Origin: Bacteroidales bacterium
GTDB lineage: Bacteria; Bacteroidota; Bacteroidia; Bacteroidales; UBA4417
Reading direction: 5' to 3'
DNA length: 62,957 nt
Assembly: GCA_038212135.1 (NCBI GenBank)
Contig: JBBQUX010000004.1
Span: forward strand, 1 to 62,957
Made by a program: the position numbers and the translations under genes
In this document: one piece after another, positions 58,682 through 62,957 of the stretch
Numbering within the stretch: position 1 is the first letter of the stretch
Layout of the letters: the number at the start of each line of letters is the position of its first letter
Notes under the pieces: model-generated
Told to the model about the DNA's origin: nothing
What the model saw: only the letters and a program-made list of their open reading frames with translations
Database searches by the model: none

Positions 58682-61600
58682 CTAACGTATCAGCGTAATC
58701 GTCCCCCACACCGGTTCCGACAATCCCTTGTGCTCGCCTACATCCTGGTTGTACCACACAGAGCCATCGCGGAAAATGGCTTGTATTTTCCAAACATAAA
58801 CATCCTGCTGGCAGAGTTTTTCGTTATAGGTTCCGTCCCAGGCTTCGGCAGGTGCACCTTTCGCGTCAAGTTTCGAGCTTTTCCACAAAAGTGCGCCATA
58901 ACTGTTATAGACTTCAACATTGTAAGATGCAAGGTTTACGCCCACCGGTTTCCAGTAACGCGTTGCCTGAATGGTGCCTCCCGGTGCAAATGCGTTGGGT
59001 ACCCACAGCCCTTTGAAGATCATTTCGTAAATGATGGCAGCCGTGTCATGGCAGCCTGTTTCACTCACGCTCACCAGATTTACCAGGTAGATGCCATCTT
59101 CAGCGTACGTAATTATCGGCGATTCGGAATAGGCGGTTTCCCCATTTCCGAAATCCCAGAAATATTGTTCTGCACCAACCGATCCGTTCGTAAACTGTAT
59201 CTGCCCCTGAATTTCGTCTACATTTTCAGTATAACTGAACGCGCTGGCCGGCGAAGGATTTACCGTAACCTGCTGAATAATGGTATCGGCACAGCCAATG
59301 CTGTCGGCTACGGTAAGCATCACCTGGTAGCGCCCGGTGGAAGCGAAAGTGAATGCCGGTGTGTTGCCCTGCATGCTGCCGATTAACCCCAGGCTGTCGT
59401 TCACCCGCCATCCCCAGGCTGCGATCGGGACAATATACGGCTGCGAAGCGTCAAAGAAATACGTAAGCTGCCCCGAACAGGCCAGGCTGTTCGTATAACC
59501 TGCATCCGGTAATCCGTTCACCGTCAGTTCCGCTGTTGCTGTATCCTGGCATCCAAACTGGTTTTTCACGATCAGTTCGGGGTGGTAGGTTCCGGGAACG
59601 GTGTACAGGTAATCCGGGTTGCGCAGGTTCGATGTATCCGAAGTGCCTGCATCGCCGAACTCCCAGTGGAAATAGAGAGCCGTGGCACCGTTGGCCTGTG
59701 TGGTATCGTTGAATTCTGCCTTTATGCCCATGCAAACCGGATCTACACTAAACCCGGCCGAAGGAGTAGGTTTTACCAGTATCTGCAGCGTGGTGCTGTC
59801 GCTGATGGTGGAAGTTCCTACCTGTGTGCTTACTTTCAGGCTGATGGTGTAAGGACCTGGATTAAGGAAACTATGGCTGACGAAAGGCTGATAGGTTCCG
59901 TAATTCAAAGCGGGAGTTCCATCACCAAAATTCCAGTTCCATTGGGTGATGGTACCGTCGCAGGTGCTTATATCGGCAAAGGTCAGATTGTAGTTTTGGC
60001 ATAATAAGCTTTCGGTGCTGATAGCAGCGGCCACAATGCAGGCTGAGCGGGTAACGGTATCGGTAAATGTATCGGCGCAACCATTGTTGTTGATAATTGT
60101 CAGCGTGGTGATATACTCGCCCGGAGCGGCGTATTTATGTGTGCTTGTCGAAGTGGTGAGTGTATCCGAAGCTCCGTCACCGTATTGCCAGATGTATGTG
60201 TTTATGGTGCTGCTGGTATCCACACTCGTGCTGCTGAAAATAAGCGTACTGTCGCATTGCCCCGTGGTATAACTGAAACTTGCTACCGGTAACGCATTTA
60301 CCTGAACCGACTTGTAACTGCTTGCCACACATCCATATTTATCAGTGGTTGAGAAATTTACGGTATAAAATCCTACGCTGCTGAAATTGTGCGAAGGTGT
60401 TTTTTGTGTTGAAACATTGTTGCTTCCGGTTGAGGGATCACCAAAATTCCAGCTGAACTCCACCAGCGAATCGGCAGGTGGTTCGGGGGTGAGCAATTCA
60501 GGGGTGAAGGTTACCGGGTCACCAAAACAAGTCAGAGTGGTGTTAAAACTAACTGTGAGTTCTGCCGGAACGCAGATTTGCTGAACTACCGTATCTATGC
60601 ATCCGCGCAAATCTTCGATCATCAGTTTTACATCGTAACAGCTGTCCACCGCATAATACTGGTGCGTTGGATTGGTCCCTGTGCCAAACTGGTACGGCTC
60701 AAACTCCCATTGCCAACTGTTTACCGTTCCCTGGTAGCTCCACGACGAATCCTGGAAAGTCACCAATCCATTGGCACAAGGACTTGCCGAATATTTGAAA
60801 TAGGCGGTCGGCTTGTTCCATATCTGAACCGACAGTAACCTGGTGTTGTCGCATCCGTTTTCAGTAAAGGTGGTCAGTTTCACACTGTAGGTTCCCGGAA
60901 GCGGGAAGGTAAACTCAGGGTTCTGAACCGTGTCGGTGCCAAGCAAATTTGCTCCCTTCATAAACTCCCAGTACCAGCTTACGATAGTTTCGCCCTGGGG
61001 CGGAAGGCTCAGATCGGTAAACTGAGTGGGTGCATTTTCGCAAATCCCTGCATAGTTGAACATGGAAGTAGGTGCCGTATGTATGGTTAGCGGTCGGGTT
61101 ATCGTATTTGTGCACCCTGCCGTATCCTGAACGCTGAGTGTTACATTAAATGTTCCGGGTACATTGTACTGATGCGAAGCATTCTGTGTAAAAGCATGCG
61201 GGCTTCCATCACCGAAATCCCATTCATAGTAAGTAATGATATCCGTATTGGTTAAGAGTGTATCGGTAAAAAGTGTGGTCAAATCACCGAAGCATACCAG
61301 GCTGTCATTGTAAAAATCAACACCGGGTTTGGGCGAAATGGCAACTGTTTGTTCCAGCGTATCGGCACAACCGCCTGCATTTAAGGTTACAAGAGTAACT
61401 ACATACTGCCCCGGATTGGCAAAATTATGGATGGGGTTCACAAGCCCGGAGGTGTTGAGTATGCCTGAAGCCGGGTCGCCAAAGTCCCACGAGCGTTGTG
61501 TGAGCGAACTTCCGCCGTTCAGGCTGGTCATATCGGCGAACTGGGTGCTTTGCCCCTGGCAGGTGTTGGTATAGTCAAAGCCGGCAATGGGCGAGGGTGA

Positions 61601-62957
61601 GATGGTAACCGTGTTTTGAGCCGTATGTTCACAGCCCAGTGCAGTTGTTACATGAAGGCTGACCAGGAAAGTTCCGGGTTGTGCGTAGGTGTGCGTGAAA
61701 CTGCTGATGGATGAACTGTAAGTGGTATCCGTTCCATCGCCGAACGTCCAGTACCAGTTTGCCAGGCTTCCGCCGTTGGCACTGCTCAGGTCGGTAAAAG
61801 TGATCGGTAATCCTGAACAACTCGGTGTACTGCTGCTGAAAACGGCCAGCGGACCTTGAATAACCGTTACTGGTTTTACTTTTACATTTGTGCAACCTGT
61901 CGTATCAGTGATGGTTAGAGTAACAGTATATATTCCCGCTGTGGCATAAATATGGATGGGATTGGCTATAAATGCTGTTCCGCCGTCGCCAAACTGCCAG
62001 TAGTAACCTTGTGTTGTAGCTAGGTTCACTGTAGAAGTAAACTGCGTGGTATCACCGTTGCAACCCGCCACCGGAGTAAAATCAACCGAAGGCGGCGGGC
62101 TGACAGTGATCTGATGCGTTATCGTATCGCTGCAACCACCGGGAATTGAAACGATCAGGGCAACGGTATAATTCCCTGCGGTGTTGTAAGTATGAGTTGG
62201 ATTCTGAAAACCTGAAGAATTAGCAGTTCCCGAAGCCGGATCGCCGAAATTCCAGGTCCATCCGTTGATAGTTCCTGTTGTATTACTGATACTCAAATCG
62301 TTAAAGGTAACCTGATTTCCCTGACAGGCCGGGCCATGCATAAAGGCGGCTGTTGGTTTTGGCAGGATGGTAACCACACGGGTTAATTCGTTGGTGCAAC
62401 TATCGTTGGTTTTTACAATCAGTTTCACATTGAAGATGCCTGCATTGGTATAAGCGTGGTTCACGTTGGGGCTTGCCGGAAAGGTAATTGTTTGGGCATT
62501 TCCATCGCCAAAATCCCATATCCATTTGGCAATAAACCCGGATGCAGTGCTGCTCATATCTGTGTAACTCACTATATTACCCTGGCAGGTCGGTGTGGTA
62601 TAGCCGAAATTGGCATCCGGAACTGGCGAAATGATAATCGGTTTTGTACGGGTATTGCTACAGCCAGCCGTATCAGTCACCGTAAGGGTTACGGAATAGG
62701 TTCCCGGCGAACTGTAGGTGTGCGTTGGAGCCTGCAGGGTGGAACTTCCACCGTCGCCAAAAGTCCAGCTCCAGCTGGCGATTGCTCCGACCGTCATACC
62801 TGTTGGCGTAAACGAGGCCAGGTTGTTGGCGCAGGCACTTTGGGTATTGAAGTCAACAACCGGTTTGGATTTTATGGTAATGTTCCGGGTGATGGTATCC
62901 GAACAGCCGTTACCTGTAAAGGTGATCAGTTTTACAACATAGGTCCCGGCAGTTGCA
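58682..62957 (-). CDS. Large PKD-repeat surface protein with T9SS type-B (gliding-motility-associated) C-terminal domain; 5' end outside the window
   Basis: More than 12 repeats of WxWxFGDG...P.H.Y..PG.Y.V.L.....GC; C-terminus VPNAFAPG...EVYNSYG...WDGTYN...DVYVWKI; the frame stays open from 62797 to the window end. Confidence 0.93.
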   Translation of the reverse strand, partial: ATAGTYVVKLITFTGNGCSDTITRNITIKSKPVVDFNTQSACANNLASFTPTGMTVGAIASWSWTFGDGGSSTLQAPTHTYSSPGTYSVTLTVTDTAGCSNTRTKPIIISPVPDANFGYTTPTCQGNIVSYTDMSSTASGFIAKWIWDFGDGNAQTITFPASPNVNHAYTNAGIFNVKLIVKTNDSCTNELTRVVTILPKPTAAFMHGPACQGNQVTFNDLSISNTTGTINGWTWNFGDPASGTANSSGFQNPTHTYNTAGNYTVALIVSIPGGCSDTITHQITVSPPPSVDFTPVAGCNGDTTQFTSTVNLATTQGYYWQFGDGGTAFIANPIHIYATAGIYTVTLTITDTTGCTNVKVKPVTVIQGPLAVFSSSTPSCSGLPITFTDLSSANGGSLANWYWTFGDGTDTTYSSSISSFTHTYAQPGTFLVSLHVTTALGCEHTAQNTVTISPSPIAGFDYTNTCQGQSTQFADMTSLNGGSSLTQRSWDFGDPASGILNTSGLVNPIHNFANPGQYVVTLVTLNAGGCADTLEQTVAISPKPGVDFYNDSLVCFGDLTTLFTDTLLTNTDIITYYEWDFGDGSPHAFTQNASHQYNVPGTFNVTLSVQDTAGCTNTITRPLTIHTAPTSMFNYAGICENAPTQFTDLSLPPQGETIVSWYWEFMKGANLLGTDTVQNPEFTFPLPGTYSVKLTTFTENGCDNTRLLSVQIWNKPTAYFKYSASPCANGLVTFQDSSWSYQGTVNSWQWEFEPYQFGTGTNPTHQYYAVDSCYDVKLMIEDLRGCIDTVVQQICVPAELTVSFNTTLTCFGDPVTFTPELLTPEPPADSLVEFSWNFGDPSTGSNNVSTQKTPSHNFSSVGFYTVNFSTTDKYGCVASSYKSVQVNALPVASFSYTTGQCDSTLIFSSTSVDTSSTINTYIWQYGDGASDTLTTSTSTHKYAAPGEYITTLTIINNNGCADTFTDTVTRSACIVAAAISTESLLCQNYNLTFADISTCDGTITQWNWNFGDGTPALNYGTYQPFVSHSFLNPGPYTISLKVSTQVGTSTISDSTTLQILVKPTPSAGFSVDPVCMGIKAEFNDTTQANGATALYFHWEFGDAGTSDTSNLRNPDYLYTVPGTYHPELIVKNQFGCQDTATAELTVNGLPDAGYTNSLACSGQLTYFFDASQPYIVPIAAWGWRVNDSLGLIGSMQGNTPAFTFASTGRYQVMLTVADSIGCADTIIQQVTVNPSPASAFSYTENVDEIQGQIQFTNGSVGAEQYFWDFGNGETAYSESPIITYAEDGIYLVNLVSVSETGCHDTAAIIYEMIFKGLWVPNAFAPGGTIQATRYWKPVGVNLASYNVEVYNSYGALLWKSSKLDAKGAPAEAWDGTYNEKLCQQDVYVWKIQAIFRDGSVWYNQDVGEHKGLSEPVWGTITLIR

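Noticed and set aside
58730-62942. Many + strand ORFs over the PKD gene, and similar antisense ORFs over pnp, citE/F, A2M and the kinase
   Set aside because: Shadows of long genuine genes with no independent motifs.

Overview
Chromosomal window from a Bacteroidota bacterium, probably an anaerobic or facultative Bacteroidales-type lineage. This is inferred from TAnnTTTG promoters, a short Bacteroidota-type primary sigma factor, a T9SS type-B C-terminal domain, citrate lyase and a rubrerythrin-like gene. In order it holds: the 5' end of a 16S rRNA gene with three tandem promoters, pepD, an ArnT-like glycosyltransferase, rpe-sigA-pnp-rpsO, a carotenoid cluster, MscS/yciH/lipid kinase/LTA-synthase-like genes, a CitD-CitE fusion plus citF, an alpha-2-macroglobulin, yefM-yoeB, an AmgK-RapZ-C/MurU-like and AddB-like block, tRNA-Asp followed by a small accessory cluster, guaC, a C69 dipeptidase and a large PKD-repeat T9SS substrate running off the window. 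The best candidate for an undescribed system is 44.65-53.57 kb. It is a sigma54-controlled operon with a periplasmic-binding-protein/TM/GcvH-like fusion, a HybA/HybB(NrfD)-like membrane redox pair with no catalytic subunit, and a second membrane-anchored GcvH-like protein; both H-like domains have Gly at the lipoyl-Lys position. It is followed by a histidine kinase with two heme-c-type motifs, an NtrC-type activator and an archaemetzincin. Also found: a ~165-bp MITE family (3 copies, 4-bp target duplications, one splitting mntP), several heptamer-periodic intergenic inverted repeats, a triple hairpin repeat, two small ORFs missed by the track, and several pseudogenes. All calls are from visual motif recognition; no searches were run.
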